DNA of 39,770 bases from Verrucomicrobiota bacterium (GTDB taxonomy: Bacteria > Verrucomicrobiota > Verrucomicrobiia > Limisphaerales > CANJSG01). Position numbers and translations under genes: made by a program. Shown in pieces: positions 9,925-20,216 of the stretch. Each line of letters starts with the position of its first letter. The stretch's first letter is position 1. The notes under the pieces were generated by a model. That model made no database searches, had not been told where the DNA came from, and saw only the letters and a program-made list of their open reading frames with translations. The DNA lies in NCBI GenBank assembly GCA_038209745.1, contig JBBQXJ010000041.1:1-39770 (forward strand). The letters run 5' to 3'.

Positions 9925-12681
9925 TTACCACGTCATCTCCACGGTGAATTCACCCGGCGCGGTGACCGGCACCCGGAGTTCATGGCCCACGATCCGGGGT
10001 TCGCCCGCACCGCGAAACCTGATCCGGAGTTTGCCGTCCACCTCGAAGGCTCCGTCCCCGACATCCTTGATCTCCCCGGCGGCGGCCCGGAACCAGAGCG
10101 AGCCGCTGCCGTTCAGCTTGAAGGAGCGAACGAGCGTCATGTCCACTTCACCGGCCCGGGCGCGGGGGAAGTCCTCGATGGTCACGGCGCCGACCCGGTA
10201 ACGGAAGGTGGGCTGCCGCTTGGCATCCAGCCGGTAACCGAGGAAGCGGTTGATGCCGGCCAGACGATTGGGAGCCGGAGGCCAAGGGGCGTCCGCGTCG
10301 GCCAGCTCGGCGAAGGCGGCGCCGGCCGGAAGCTTGAGGACGTGGTCGCCCAAGGGCGGTTCATAGCCCGTGCCGCGGTCGGTGCTGTGCCGGGACATGT
10401 CGATGAAGCTGCCCTGCCAGAGGAGGGCCAGCCTCAGATCATTGGCGTCGAAGGCGAGGTTCGCATGTTCCGGATAGCCGACGCCGATGGCGCGCGAACC
10501 GGCGCCTTCCAAAAAGTTCCGGTAAATGACCGCCTCGTTTCCGACCATGATCTCCTTGCGCCCCCGCACGAGTCCGGAGGGAACTTCGGCCTTCGCCCCG
10601 TCGTTGAGCCAGGCCCAGATCGCCTTGATCTGCGCTTCGGTCCGGCCACCGAGGATCGCCGTGTTCACCGCCGTTCCCTCGGGCCAGAAGGTCGGCATCC
10701 GCGTGCCCGGACGGAGCACGGCGGGCGCGGGAAGGTAGCGGCGGAACCAATCCCACTGGATGCGTTCGGCCATCCGGTCGAGTCCGAGAGCGGGAATGCC
10801 CGTGGATCCATGGGTGGTGAACGTGTGGCAGGCGATGCAGCTGAGACCGTCGCGGCCGACGAGCTTCCAGCCGAACTTCGCGTCACGGTCGGTGAGGATC
10901 GGCTCGGGCTCGGCGTCGGCCTGCCGGTCGGCCGCCGCCAGATCGGCTGCCACCGTGGCCGCCAAGACCGCGCCGAAATGCGGCATCCGGGTGGCCATGT
11001 AGGGGCGCACCTTCGGCCCCTCGGCCACGACTTTCGCCAGCCAGGCCGGTTTGAGTTTCATCCCGACCCGGCCCAGGTGCGGCGGCACCCTGCCTTCGTC
11101 GCCGAGATCGACCTCGCCGTTGACCTTGAACCAATCGGACCGGCCGCTTTCGAACGGGCCGCCCACGCCGTCGCGCGCATGGCAGGCGTAGCAGTTGAAC
11201 CGGGCCATCGTCTGGGCGACCCGCAGTCCGGGAGCGACGGGTTCGTCCAGTTTGGCGACGGCCGCGATGGTCTTGCGGAGGGCGGCGCGCTGCGCGGCGG
11301 TCAGGTCGAACTTCGCCGCTCCCGCCGGCACCGTATCCGCCAGACAACCGGCCGAACTGAGGCCGGCCAGTTCCCTCAATGGCTTGCCGGGCTTGGCGGT
11401 GAGCCCGGGCAACGGATGGCAGGCGGCGCAATTCAAGGAGCTGAAGAGCGCGCGCCCCTTGACGGCCTTGGCCGGGTCCACGGTGAAATCGGCGTGGCCG
11501 ACCGGAAGCATCGGTTGGGCGTAGTGCTTGAAAGCCTCCGCAGGAACCGGCCCGCGGGTCGTCTGCGGACCGGCCCATTGCAGACCGAGTTCCAGTTCAC
11601 CGCCGCCCTGGAAGTAGAGCAGGGCGAAGCTATGGGGCCCGGCCTTCAGCGCGGCCTTCCCGGATTTCTCCGTGGCCGGATGGACGCCGTCGTTGTCGAT
11701 CAGGCGCTGGCCATCGAGGAGGAGCTGGGAGCCGTCGTCCGAATCCAGCCAGAAGGTGTATTCCCCCTCGACCGGGACCTCGAGCACGCCGCTGAAGCGC
11801 AGCCCAAGATTGTTCCCGCGCTTCGCCATCTTCGCATTGATGGTGTCGGTGACGCCCGAAAAGGCCGGCGTCTTCTTTTCAAGATCGCTGCAGCTCCCGA
11901 TGTCTCCCTCGAAGTAGTCGAACCCGAGTCCGTTGACCGCCGCCGTCCGCCCTGGGCTGGCTCCCGCCATCTGGTCGCGCAACAGGTAGGTGGCGATGCT
12001 GACCGCTTCGGCTTCGCTCAAACCGGACGAGGGCATGCGACCGCCGGGGCGATACGTCCTGGGATCGAGGAGAAAGCGGACCAGTTCGCCGGCAGGGTAT
12101 TTCGCGGCGAGATCGCCAAGCGGCACGGCGTTCGTCCGGGCGCGGGCGAAGACGTCGTCCGTCACGTCCGAGCCGCGTTCCACGGGGGAGTGGCACGCGA
12201 CGCAACCGACCGTGTGAAAGAGAACGTTGCCCGCTTGCGCACGGGCCGGATCGGCACTGATGCCACCGGCGGGACCGGACGGCCCTATGGAAACCAGAAA
12301 GTGGGCGAGGTCGTCCGCAGCCCCGGCGCGTTGGGCCGGGGCCAAGCCGTCCAGAACGTGGGGCATGCCTGTGCCTGGTTTCGTGGCGGCGGGGTCTTCA
12401 AGCCAGCGGGCGAGCCATTGGGGAGCGAGGCGCAAGCCCCCTTCGCCGAGCGTGGGCGCCCCGCGCGGGCTGAGGAGCTGGCGCACTTCGACGGATGCCG
12501 TGTGGCAGGCGGTGCAGTTCAGTTCACCGAGGAGGATCTCACCTTCATCGACCGCGACGGCGTGGGGTGCCGGAAGAAGGAAACCTTCGGCCTGCGCGGC
12601 GAAGGCCAACGCGACTCCGGCCAAAACGGACAGCGGCAAGGCACGGGTCCAGGACATGACCTGGCATGGACGATGTGGCAT
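9925..12681 (-). CDS. Multiheme c-type cytochrome with PA14 domain
   Basis: Five CxxCH sites (CTACH, CVACH, CAACH, CYACH, CIACH) with downstream MP ligand motifs; PA14 signature [15 protein letters not shown]...IDNDGVH...YFQGGG; signal peptide. Alternative start at 12657. Confidence 0.9.
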   Translation of the reverse strand: MPHRPCQVMSWTRALPLSVLAGVALAFAAQAEGFLLPAPHAVAVDEGEILLGELNCTACHTASVEVRQLLSPRGAPTLGEGGLRLAPQWLARWLEDPAATKPGTGMPHVLDGLAPAQRAGAADDLAHFLVSIGPSGPAGGISADPARAQAGNVLFHTVGCVACHSPVERGSDVTDDVFARARTNAVPLGDLAAKYPAGELVRFLLDPRTYRPGGRMPSSGLSEAEAVSIATYLLRDQMAGASPGRTAAVNGLGFDYFEGDIGSCSDLEKKTPAFSGVTDTINAKMAKRGNNLGLRFSGVLEVPVEGEYTFWLDSDDGSQLLLDGQRLIDNDGVHPATEKSGKAALKAGPHSFALLYFQGGGELELGLQWAGPQTTRGPVPAEAFKHYAQPMLPVGHADFTVDPAKAVKGRALFSSLNCAACHPLPGLTAKPGKPLRELAGLSSAGCLADTVPAGAAKFDLTAAQRAALRKTIAAVAKLDEPVAPGLRVAQTMARFNCYACHARDGVGGPFESGRSDWFKVNGEVDLGDEGRVPPHLGRVGMKLKPAWLAKVVAEGPKVRPYMATRMPHFGAVLAATVAADLAAADRQADAEPEPILTDRDAKFGWKLVGRDGLSCIACHTFTTHGSTGIPALGLDRMAERIQWDWFRRYLPAPAVLRPGTRMPTFWPEGTAVNTAILGGRTEAQIKAIWAWLNDGAKAEVPSGLVRGRKEIMVGNEAVIYRNFLEGAGSRAIGVGYPEHANLAFDANDLRLALLWQGSFIDMSRHSTDRGTGYEPPLGDHVLKLPAGAAFAELADADAPWPPAPNRLAGINRFLGYRLDAKRQPTFRYRVGAVTIEDFPRARAGEVDMTLVRSFKLNGSGSLWFRAAAGEIKDVGDGAFEVDGKLRIRFRGAGEPRIVGHELRVPVTAPGEFTVEMTW

Positions 12682-12981
12682 GGGCCGACTGTTCTATCGA
12701 GTCGGGCACCCGTGCAACCTTTGGAGGGCTCCGGCCGAAAGATTCTGCACGTCGGGCCGGCATAGACCGGCCGTCGGGGCCACCCCAGCGGTCAGGCGAA
12801 GCACGCGGCGTCCAGCACGGTCAGAACCCCGGGAGATTTCCTCCGCCCCTTCCGGACTGGCCAGCGGTGCCCGGTTCGCGACAAAACCGGGGAGTGCCTC
12901 CAAACCCAAAAACCGGATGGGTAGCGTGCGAGAAGAGAACGCTCAAATACGGGTAAGGAATGAAGACGGAACACGGCCGGA

Positions 12982-14379
12982 CTAGCTGATGATCTCCATG
13001 ATCGGACCGTCCCCGTCTTCGACCAGGCGAGACACCGGGCCGAGGGCCGGGAGTTCCATCTTAGTGTGGTCGATGCCGAGCTGGTGCAGAATCGTGGCGT
13101 GGAGGTCGCTGTAGTAGTGCCGGTTCTCCACGGCCTGGTAGCCGACCTCATCGGTGGCGCCATGAACGAGGCCACCCTTGATCCCACCGCCGGCCATCCA
13201 AGCAGTGTATCCCTTCGGGTTGTGGTCGCGGCCGGTGGTGTTTTGCGACCACGGAGTGCGGCCGAATTCGCTGGTCCAGACCACCAGCGTTTCGTCGAGC
13301 ATGCCGCGTTGTTTCAGATCCTTGATGAGGCCGGCGATCGGCTTGTCCGTGGCCCGGCAGAGCGGCTCGTGGGTTTTCATGTCACCGTGGGAATCCCAAC
13401 CCCCGTTGCCACCTCCGGCGTGGCAAACCTGGATGAAGCGAACCCCTCTTTCAGCAAGCCGGCGGGCGACAAGAAGCTGTTTCCCGAACTCCCCGGTGTG
13501 CGTTTCGTCGATCCCATACAGGGATCTGATGGGAGCGGATTCGCCCGACAAATCGACGGCTTCGGGCGCCGACATCTGCATGCTGGCCGCCAGTTCATAA
13601 GCCTTGGTCCGGGCCTGGATGTCCAAGTTGATCGCGTAGCGGTGGCGGAACTCCCCGTTCATGGTTTCCAACAACTGCATCTGCCGATCGCGTTCGGCGC
13701 CCGATCCGCCCTTGGGCGGGGCGAGGTTCGGGATGGGCGTCTCACCGGCCTGAAAGGGCGTGGCCGAAACGGATGCGCCGAGGTAGCCGCCGGTGAGCTG
13801 CACCGGCGAGGACGGCCGCCCAATGTTCACGAACGTCGGGAGATTCTTGTTGGCCGCGCCGAGCGCATAGGAAACCCAACTCCCGAAGGAGGGATGATCG
13901 AACGCCCGGCCACGATGCCCGGTGCACGTTTCAATCACTGCGGGAAAGTGGTTGCCTTCATGGCACCACATCGACCGAACGACCGCGATGTCGTCGACGA
14001 CGCTTCCGACGTTCGGAAACCAGTCGGAAACGGGCGTGCCGGACTGGCCGTATCGCGTGAAGGTGCGCAGACAGGGGATGACCGGGCGTTTCATCTCGGC
14101 CTGGTTGTCGCCGAAGCCGATCGCGTCGATGAATTTGCCGGCGTGCTTGTTGTCTTTCGGATCGAAGGTGTCGATATGGCTGACGCCCCCGCACATGAAG
14201 AGGAAGATGACCGACTTCGCCCGGGGCTTGAAATGCGGACCCAGAATCGCGTTTTCGATCTCGCCCGCCTCGGACAAAAGGCCGCCCAAAGCCGCTCCCA
14301 AAAATCCACCTCCGGCCCGGAACAGGAAGCTGCGCCGCGAGAGTTCTCCGAGTCGAAGTTGTTCTGCGTTACCTGACAT
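12982..14379 (-). CDS. DUF1501 domain protein (Tat signal)
   Basis: SRRSFL; AKSVIFLFMCGGVSHIDTFDPK; ARRLAERGVRFIQ; WDSH; SEFGRTP; GRDHNP; DLHATILHQLG; start overlaps the upstream stop. Confidence 0.92.
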   Translation of the reverse strand: MSGNAEQLRLGELSRRSFLFRAGGGFLGAALGGLLSEAGEIENAILGPHFKPRAKSVIFLFMCGGVSHIDTFDPKDNKHAGKFIDAIGFGDNQAEMKRPVIPCLRTFTRYGQSGTPVSDWFPNVGSVVDDIAVVRSMWCHEGNHFPAVIETCTGHRGRAFDHPSFGSWVSYALGAANKNLPTFVNIGRPSSPVQLTGGYLGASVSATPFQAGETPIPNLAPPKGGSGAERDRQMQLLETMNGEFRHRYAINLDIQARTKAYELAASMQMSAPEAVDLSGESAPIRSLYGIDETHTGEFGKQLLVARRLAERGVRFIQVCHAGGGNGGWDSHGDMKTHEPLCRATDKPIAGLIKDLKQRGMLDETLVVWTSEFGRTPWSQNTTGRDHNPKGYTAWMAGGGIKGGLVHGATDEVGYQAVENRHYYSDLHATILHQLGIDHTKMELPALGPVSRLVEDGDGPIMEIIS

Positions 14380-16591
14380 AGATGAACTCATCGAGGTTGA
14401 AGATCAGCCAAGAAAGCTGTTTGAGGCGGTCGCCGTCCTCGTGGAGATAGGCGATCGCGAAATCCTTTTCCGCAGGGGTGGGAGGCCGCGCCACTGTGAG
14501 CCGATAGGCCAGTCCCACCGCTGCTCGCAAATCACCTTTGGCTTCGGTCTGTAGGCGGGCCGCCAGGTCGGAAGAGGCGCTTTCGATCTCTGGACTGTTC
14601 ATCAAAAACAATGCCTGCGGTGCGGTGACCGTTCGCGTTCGCACGGGGCAGGGCGCGCGTCCGTCGTCGACATCAAAGGTCTGGAGAAAGTTTGGGGTCG
14701 CGTCTCGGCTCGTGGCAAAGCCCCGCGTCATATATGCGCCCCGCCTTTTCGCGTCCTTTTCTTTCGACGGACCCGCCGTCGCTTCGCCGCCTCGACGACG
14801 ATTCCTCGCTCCTTCTTCGGGATCGAACGATGGACCTCCAACCTGAAGATCGAGATTGCCGGCGGCCGCGTGGATGGAATCCCAGATGGGTTCCGCTTCC
14901 AAACGTTGCAGGCGGAAATGCCAGAGATAGGTGTCGTCTGGATCGATCTTCCGGTCCGAGGCGAATTCGGCTCCGGCCTCCGACGCCATCTTGTAGGTCC
15001 GGGATGTCACCATGAGCCGGTGCATCTGTTTCATGCTGTAGTCTCGCCGCACGAATTCGGACGCCAGCCAGTCGAGCAACGCCGGGTGCAGCGGCTTGCC
15101 GCTCTGTTCCCCAAAGTCGCTCGGGAATTTGTGCAGCCCTTCCCCGAAATGCCATTGCCACAACCGGTTCACGGCGACGCGCGCGAAGAGCGGATTCTCG
15201 GGAGCGGTCAACCAGTCGGCAAAGGCCTCGATCCGGCCTTCCCGAAAATCGTAGTCCCCCTTCGCGAACGGCCAGCCCGGGTGCACCTCATGCTTCTTTT
15301 CGGGCCGGGTCGGATCACCGCTGGTCAGAACAAAGCTCTTCTCCTTCTCGCGAACGGGATCCACTTCCACCGTGTAGAAAGCGGGGATCGTCGGGGCACC
15401 CCGCCGTCTCGGATCGGCGTCCACCGCTGCTAGTTGCTTCTCCAGTTCACGTGATCTTTTCCGGACCTCCTCGGGGAGGATCTCGTTCACCTTGTCGCCG
15501 TCGATCCGCAGGATTGGGAAATAATCGTCGGCGATCTTCTGCTCCTCGCCGGTGCGTTGTTTTTCGGCCTTTCGGATGACGGTCCGCACGTCGGGCGGCA
15601 GCATCTCGACCCGTTCTTCGTAGAGACGCTTCTTGTAGGGATCGAGCAGCTCGGTCCGCGCACGTTCGATGGGCTCGCGCTTTTTTTCCGTCTCGGCCAT
15701 GGCCTTCCCGGCCTCCACCAGCTCCGCCGCGCTCGCGAGAGTGACCTTGCGGAGAACCAAAGGATCGAACAGCGCCTTCATCGAATAATAATCAACCTTC
15801 GAGATGGGATCGAACTTGTGATCGTGGCATTTCGCGCAACCGACGGTCATTCCCATGAACGCGGTTGAAACAGTGTCCACGGCGTTGATCGCGAGCTCCT
15901 GCGGGTTCTCTCCGGTGCCGCGGGCCAGAAAACCGAGTGCAAACATATCTCCCGGCCGCGGCTCCTTCGGTGACCGGAAGCCTGTCGCCGACATCCGGGT
16001 TCGCTCGTCGGCACGACGACCGGTCAATTGAATCTGGACGAACTGATCGTAGGGGAGGTCGTCATGCAATGCGTTGATGACCCAGTCCCGCCAAAGGTAG
16101 ATGCCCGGCGCCGCGGTCATGTGATCGTCCGCATCGGCGTAGCGCAACACATCAAGCCAGTGGCGCGCGTAGCGGACGGCGTGTTGCTCGCTGTTGAGCA
16201 AACGATCCACGACCCGTTCATAGGCATCGGGTGAAACGTCGGCCATGAACGCATCCTGTTCGGCCGGGGACGGCGGAAGACCGACCAGATCCAGATGGAC
16301 TCGGCGCAACAAGGTCAGCTTGTCCGCAGGGCCAACCGCCTTGAGATCCTTGGCGCGAAGCTCCGCACTGATGAACAGGTCGATCGGGTTGACCCCGGGG
16401 GCATCTCCTTCGGGCAATGAAGGTCGGGAAACAGGCTGCAAAGACCACCACGGCCCAAGCGACACCGTGTTGGTCGTCGCCTCCGAGGAAACGACGCCCA
16501 GCAGCAAAGCCACAGTGATTGAAACCATCCAACTATGGACCCATCGATGAAGCGCTTCTGGCAGTGGGCCGTTCTGAAACTTCGCCTTCAT
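14369..16591 (-). CDS. DUF1549/DUF1553 domain protein
   Basis: WWSLQP, NPIDLFI, LLRRVHLDLVGLPP, RHWLDVLRYAD, CAKCHDHKFDPI, ARVAVNRLWQWHFG, HPALLDWLA, PQALFLMN, NLDEFIY. Start placed at ATG 16591 ahead of the signal-like segment, not at TTG 16978. Confidence 0.9.
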   Translation of the reverse strand: MKAKFQNGPLPEALHRWVHSWMVSITVALLLGVVSSEATTNTVSLGPWWSLQPVSRPSLPEGDAPGVNPIDLFISAELRAKDLKAVGPADKLTLLRRVHLDLVGLPPSPAEQDAFMADVSPDAYERVVDRLLNSEQHAVRYARHWLDVLRYADADDHMTAAPGIYLWRDWVINALHDDLPYDQFVQIQLTGRRADERTRMSATGFRSPKEPRPGDMFALGFLARGTGENPQELAINAVDTVSTAFMGMTVGCAKCHDHKFDPISKVDYYSMKALFDPLVLRKVTLASAAELVEAGKAMAETEKKREPIERARTELLDPYKKRLYEERVEMLPPDVRTVIRKAEKQRTGEEQKIADDYFPILRIDGDKVNEILPEEVRKRSRELEKQLAAVDADPRRRGAPTIPAFYTVEVDPVREKEKSFVLTSGDPTRPEKKHEVHPGWPFAKGDYDFREGRIEAFADWLTAPENPLFARVAVNRLWQWHFGEGLHKFPSDFGEQSGKPLHPALLDWLASEFVRRDYSMKQMHRLMVTSRTYKMASEAGAEFASDRKIDPDDTYLWHFRLQRLEAEPIWDSIHAAAGNLDLQVGGPSFDPEEGARNRRRGGEATAGPSKEKDAKRRGAYMTRGFATSRDATPNFLQTFDVDDGRAPCPVRTRTVTAPQALFLMNSPEIESASSDLAARLQTEAKGDLRAAVGLAYRLTVARPPTPAEKDFAIAYLHEDGDRLKQLSWLIFNLDEFIYVR

Positions 16592-17107
16592 AGGTGGATT
16601 CTTTGATAGCTCTACAGAGAATTGCCTCAAGAATCCTCTCTTTAATCGACAAAAACTTTCAGGATCCAGCCGATTGCTTTCTTTGTAGTCCACACGGCGA
16701 CTTGATTCCCACACATCGAACTCCTCTTTCGCGCGCTCGTCGTCCGACTTGTCGTCCGTTTGGCTGCTAGGAAGAGCCTTCAAAGCTTTGGAGAGCTTGG
16801 CCATGAGGACGAGTTGGAGAACCGGGAGCTCGCGACGGCGCAGAGGCCTGGATGCCGAGGTCGCGCCGGCGAGGAGTGGAGCGCGGGGAGCGTCCAGCGG
16901 GTCTCCTCCCTCCCGCTCCAATAGCCGGTCGATGTCCCACAGCAGAGTTCTTTCCCGGTCGTCGATGGAATCGGTCAAAGACGCACTTCGGGGCGTTCAC
17001 CCGTTGGGCGGAGGCCGTCCAACCCTTCGGATTCGTGGTCCCAATTGACAACCCGCCGGGCTCTCCCGGACCACCCTTCTGGCTGGTTCTGCTCTCAAGG
17101 ACCGTGA

Positions 17108-17125
17108 GTCAGGAAAACACCCCAT
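17108..17125 (+). promoter_or_regulatory. 18-bp upstream motif, copy D (GTCAGGAAAACACCCCAT)
   Basis: Shares the exact 11-mer AACACCCCATA with copies A and B; 160 nt upstream of the first gene of the long plus-strand operon. Confidence 0.6.
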
Positions 17126-17285
17126 ACCCGCGACGGCGAAACTCGTGGAATATTGCCTAGTTAACTCGGGACACGGGCAACGGCGGAAGTCCAAAAGCAG
17201 GCCCAAGCGGGTTCAGAGTCGGCTGGGCCCCGGAATAGACGGATCCAGTGCCGGCGAGTGAAGCAAGCCCGGCGAGAACACGACA

Positions 17286-17990
17286 ATGACACGCAGCATC
17301 AAGCATCTGTTTGGAAACAAACTCGGAGCGTCGGACGGTGAAATCGGACATGTGAAGGACTTCTATTTCGACGACCAGAACTGGGCGATTCGCTATCTGG
17401 TCGCGAACACCGGATCGTGGCTACCGGGGCGCCAGATCCTCCTTTCACCGCATTCCTTCATCCGACCCGAGCAGGACGCAGGCAAGGTCTTTCGGGTGGC
17501 TCTGACGAAGCAGCAGATCGAGAACAGTCCGTCGTTCGATTTCCACAAGCCGGTGTCGCGGCAGTCCGAGGAAGAGTATTACACCTACTACGGCTGGCCG
17601 TTCTATTGGCAAGGCGGCGGACTGTGGGGCATGAGCGGCTTGCCCGTCCTGGGGCCCGTCACAAAGTCGCCGCCCGCCAGGGACAACACCGCGAAAGCCC
17701 AAGGATCGTCTGGCGACGAGATCCACCTTCGCAGCGCCCAGGCGGTGACCGGATATCATCTCCAGGCCGTCGACGGAATCATCGGACACGTCAGCGACTT
17801 CATGGTCGACGACAGGAGCTGGGCGATCGAGCACCTGGTCATCAAGACCGGCCACCGGATCTCCGGAAACGAGGTCCAAATTCCGACCGGCTCCGTCACC
17901 AAAATCAGTTGGGACGACTCGACCGTGTTCGTCGGCCTGACCATGGATGCCGTGTCAAAGGGACCTGCGCCGCAACCAACGCCGGCCTGA
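17286..17990 (+). CDS. Tandem PRC-barrel domain protein
   Basis: Two repeats: ASDGEIGHVKDFYFDDQNWAIRYLVANTG and AVDGIIGHVSDFMVDDRSWAIEHLVIKTG, separated by PVSRQ...YYGWPFYW. Confidence 0.88.
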   Translation: MTRSIKHLFGNKLGASDGEIGHVKDFYFDDQNWAIRYLVANTGSWLPGRQILLSPHSFIRPEQDAGKVFRVALTKQQIENSPSFDFHKPVSRQSEEEYYTYYGWPFYWQGGGLWGMSGLPVLGPVTKSPPARDNTAKAQGSSGDEIHLRSAQAVTGYHLQAVDGIIGHVSDFMVDDRSWAIEHLVIKTGHRISGNEVQIPTGSVTKISWDDSTVFVGLTMDAVSKGPAPQPTPA

Positions 17991-18033
17991 GCCGGGTTCT
18001 AAATTTTTCGATCCTATCCTACGACCCATTTAC

Positions 18034-18555
18034 ATGAAAAAATCAAAAACCACCCCGCCCGAGGCCCCAACCCTTTATCCCACCGAGAACGACCTCCCGC
18101 CCGATCGCCGCGCAGAACTGAACGCGCTCATGAACCTGCGGCTCGCCTCCGCAGTGGATCTCCAGTCGCAGATGAAACAGGCGCACTGGAACGTCAAGGG
18201 GCCGAGCTTCATCGGCCTGCACGAGCTCTTCGACAAAGTCGACGAGGCGGTGGAGTCGTACGTGGACATGATCGCGGAACGAATCGTCCAGCTCGGCGGG
18301 ATCGCCGAAGGCACGGTGCGCGTGGCGGCAGGAAGGAGCCGGCTCGCGGAATATCCGCTCTCGATCGCCAAGGGCATGGACCACGTCGCAGCGGTGTCCC
18401 TCGCGCTCTCCACCTTCGGACAGGAAGCCCGTACCACGATCGAAGAGGCGAACGCGCTGGACGACGCCGACACGGCCGATCTCTTCACCGAAGTCTCACG
18501 CGGCATCGACAAGTGGCTCTGGTTTGTCGAAGCCCATTCCCAAGCCCCGACTTGA
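18034..18555 (+). CDS. dps: DNA starvation/stationary phase protection protein Dps
   Basis: KQAHWNVKGPSFIGLHELFD and DMIAERIVQLGG ferroxidase motifs; DTADLFTEVSRGIDKWLWFVEAH; Lys-rich N-terminus. Confidence 0.95.
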   Translation: MKKSKTTPPEAPTLYPTENDLPPDRRAELNALMNLRLASAVDLQSQMKQAHWNVKGPSFIGLHELFDKVDEAVESYVDMIAERIVQLGGIAEGTVRVAAGRSRLAEYPLSIAKGMDHVAAVSLALSTFGQEARTTIEEANALDDADTADLFTEVSRGIDKWLWFVEAHSQAPT

Positions 18556-18574
18556 CCCTTCCCTTTCGACCACC

Positions 18575-18763
18575 ATGAAAAATCCGAACCCCGTCTCCAA
18601 GCGTTTGAAGAACGCATCGCCATCGCCTGCCATCTCCGAGGCCGACTCAAAGACACCGAAGAAGAGCACTCCTTCATCCCAGTCGAACGACCGACGCGAG
18701 GACCGCGGGACGCGTGAGATAAAGACGTCGCACAATCCCCAGACCTTTCGCCATCTGCCTTGA
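18575..18763 (+). CDS. Small hydrophilic hypothetical protein
   Basis: 62-aa ORF filling the gap between dps (19 nt) and the next gene (10 nt), with a CACC-ATG leader; no recognisable domain. Confidence 0.45.
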   Translation: MKNPNPVSKRLKNASPSPAISEADSKTPKKSTPSSQSNDRREDRGTREIKTSHNPQTFRHLP

Positions 18764-18773
18764 ACCCTGCCCT

Positions 18774-19184
18774 ATGACACCCAACCCATTGAAAGAAGGC
18801 GCCCTGACCGAAAACTCCGTCGGCTTGGGCACGATAACCCGCAAGATGGTCCGCGAACGGGCGATCGAACTGGCCGTCATAAACGGACGTTCGGCGCAGG
18901 AAGCCACGAAGGACGATTGGGATGAGGCCAAGCGACAGTTGACGGGCGATTCTCAATTGGAGCCACACGATGCGGCTCTCGATGGAGCCCCTGAATCCGA
19001 ACGATGGGATCCGTTGCCCGGCTCGACCGGGAACAAGGTGGCGGTGGCTCCCGGCGAAGACGAAGACGAGGAAGGACGGAGCGACAACACCCGGCTCGTG
19101 GACGAGGGAATCGGCAGCGCCGAGCACGATCAACGCCGCCAATCCGCACAGGCTGCCAGCGAAAAGGATAAAGGCGTCGTCTAG
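18774..19184 (+). CDS. Acidic hypothetical protein with DUF2934-like helix pair
   Basis: MVRERAIELAVINGR...DDWDEAKRQL resembles the DUF2934 pattern; acidic tail ending LVDEGIGSAEHDQ; operon spacing. Confidence 0.7.
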   Translation: MTPNPLKEGALTENSVGLGTITRKMVRERAIELAVINGRSAQEATKDDWDEAKRQLTGDSQLEPHDAALDGAPESERWDPLPGSTGNKVAVAPGEDEDEEGRSDNTRLVDEGIGSAEHDQRRQSAQAASEKDKGVV

Positions 19185-19190
19185 CATAAA

Positions 19191-20216
19191 ATGCAAACCA
19201 CCGTCTCCGCGCTTCTCGCTCCCGGCAGGGGCATCCTGGCCGCCGATGAGAGCTTCTCGACCATCGGAAAGCGCTTCGCCGCGCTGGACATCCCATCCAC
19301 CGAAGACAACCGCCGCGCCTACCGCGAGCTGTTGTTCACCACGGCGGGGTTGGGGGAGTTCATCAGCGGAGCGATCCTTTTCGACGAGACGATCCATCAA
19401 ACCGCGACGACCGGGGCTTCGATGTCAGAAGTGCTCGGTCGCCAATCGATCCTCCCCGGCATCAAGGTCGACGCGGGCAAGGCAGCCCTGCCCGGCTCCG
19501 ACGAGGAGATGTTCACCCTGGGTCTCGACGGGCTCCGGGAAAGGCTCGCGGCGTATCGCAAAAGCGGCGCCCGCTTCACCAAGTGGCGGGCGGTGATCTC
19601 CATCGGTGAAGGACGCCCGACCCGGACCTGCATCGAATCCAACGCAGCCTCGCTCGCCCTGTTTGCCGCGCTGAGCCAAGAAGCCAACCTGGTTCCGATC
19701 GTGGAGCCGGAGGTCCTGATGGAAGGATTCCACACCCTCGCGCTCTGCGAAGAGGTCACCGGCACTGTCTTGCGGGCCGTCTTCGCCGCGCTCTCCGAAC
19801 ACCGCGTGTCGCTGGAATCCATGCTGCTGAAATCCGGGATGGTTCTTTCGGGCAAGGACTGCACCCAACAGGCCGACGATGCCCAGGTGGCCGAGGCCAC
19901 GCTTCGATGCTTCCGCAGAACGGTGCCGGCAGCCGTCCCGGGGATCGTCTTTCTCTCCGGCGGCCAAAACGAGGTCGAGGCGACGCAGCGGTTGAACGCG
20001 GTCTGTCGGATCGGCGGCGCACCGTGGGCCTTGAGTTTCTCGTTCGGCCGGGCGTTGCAGAACGAAGCGCTGAAAACCTGGAAAGGTTCCCCCGCCAACG
20101 TCCCGGCGGCGCAAGCCGCCCTCCTCAAGCGAGCGCATTGCAACAGCCTCGCACTCCGGGGCAAGTATTCCCCCCACGCGGAAAGCGGTGCGCCCGACCA
20201 GAAGGCTCCGGTGTGA
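19191..20216 (+). CDS. fba: Fructose-bisphosphate aldolase class I (eukaryote-type)
   Basis: GILAADES, KWRAV, VPIVEPEVL, LLKSGMV (Schiff-base Lys), FLSGGQ, SFSFGRALQ. Confidence 0.95.
   Translation: MQTTVSALLAPGRGILAADESFSTIGKRFAALDIPSTEDNRRAYRELLFTTAGLGEFISGAILFDETIHQTATTGASMSEVLGRQSILPGIKVDAGKAALPGSDEEMFTLGLDGLRERLAAYRKSGARFTKWRAVISIGEGRPTRTCIESNAASLALFAALSQEANLVPIVEPEVLMEGFHTLALCEEVTGTVLRAVFAALSEHRVSLESMLLKSGMVLSGKDCTQQADDAQVAEATLRCFRRTVPAAVPGIVFLSGGQNEVEATQRLNAVCRIGGAPWALSFSFGRALQNEALKTWKGSPANVPAAQAALLKRAHCNSLALRGKYSPHAESGAPDQKAPV

Noticed and set aside
9982..12765. 927-aa plus-strand ORF
   Set aside because: Antisense shadow of the multiheme cytochrome gene; no motifs; long stop-free antisense frames are expected at this GC content.
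17165..17285. Leader beginning GGACACGGGCAAC, superficially like a c-di-GMP-I riboswitch 5' end
   Set aside because: Lacks the GGCAAA/GAAA tetraloop stem and the GACGCAAAG junction; an Rfam cmscan would settle it.
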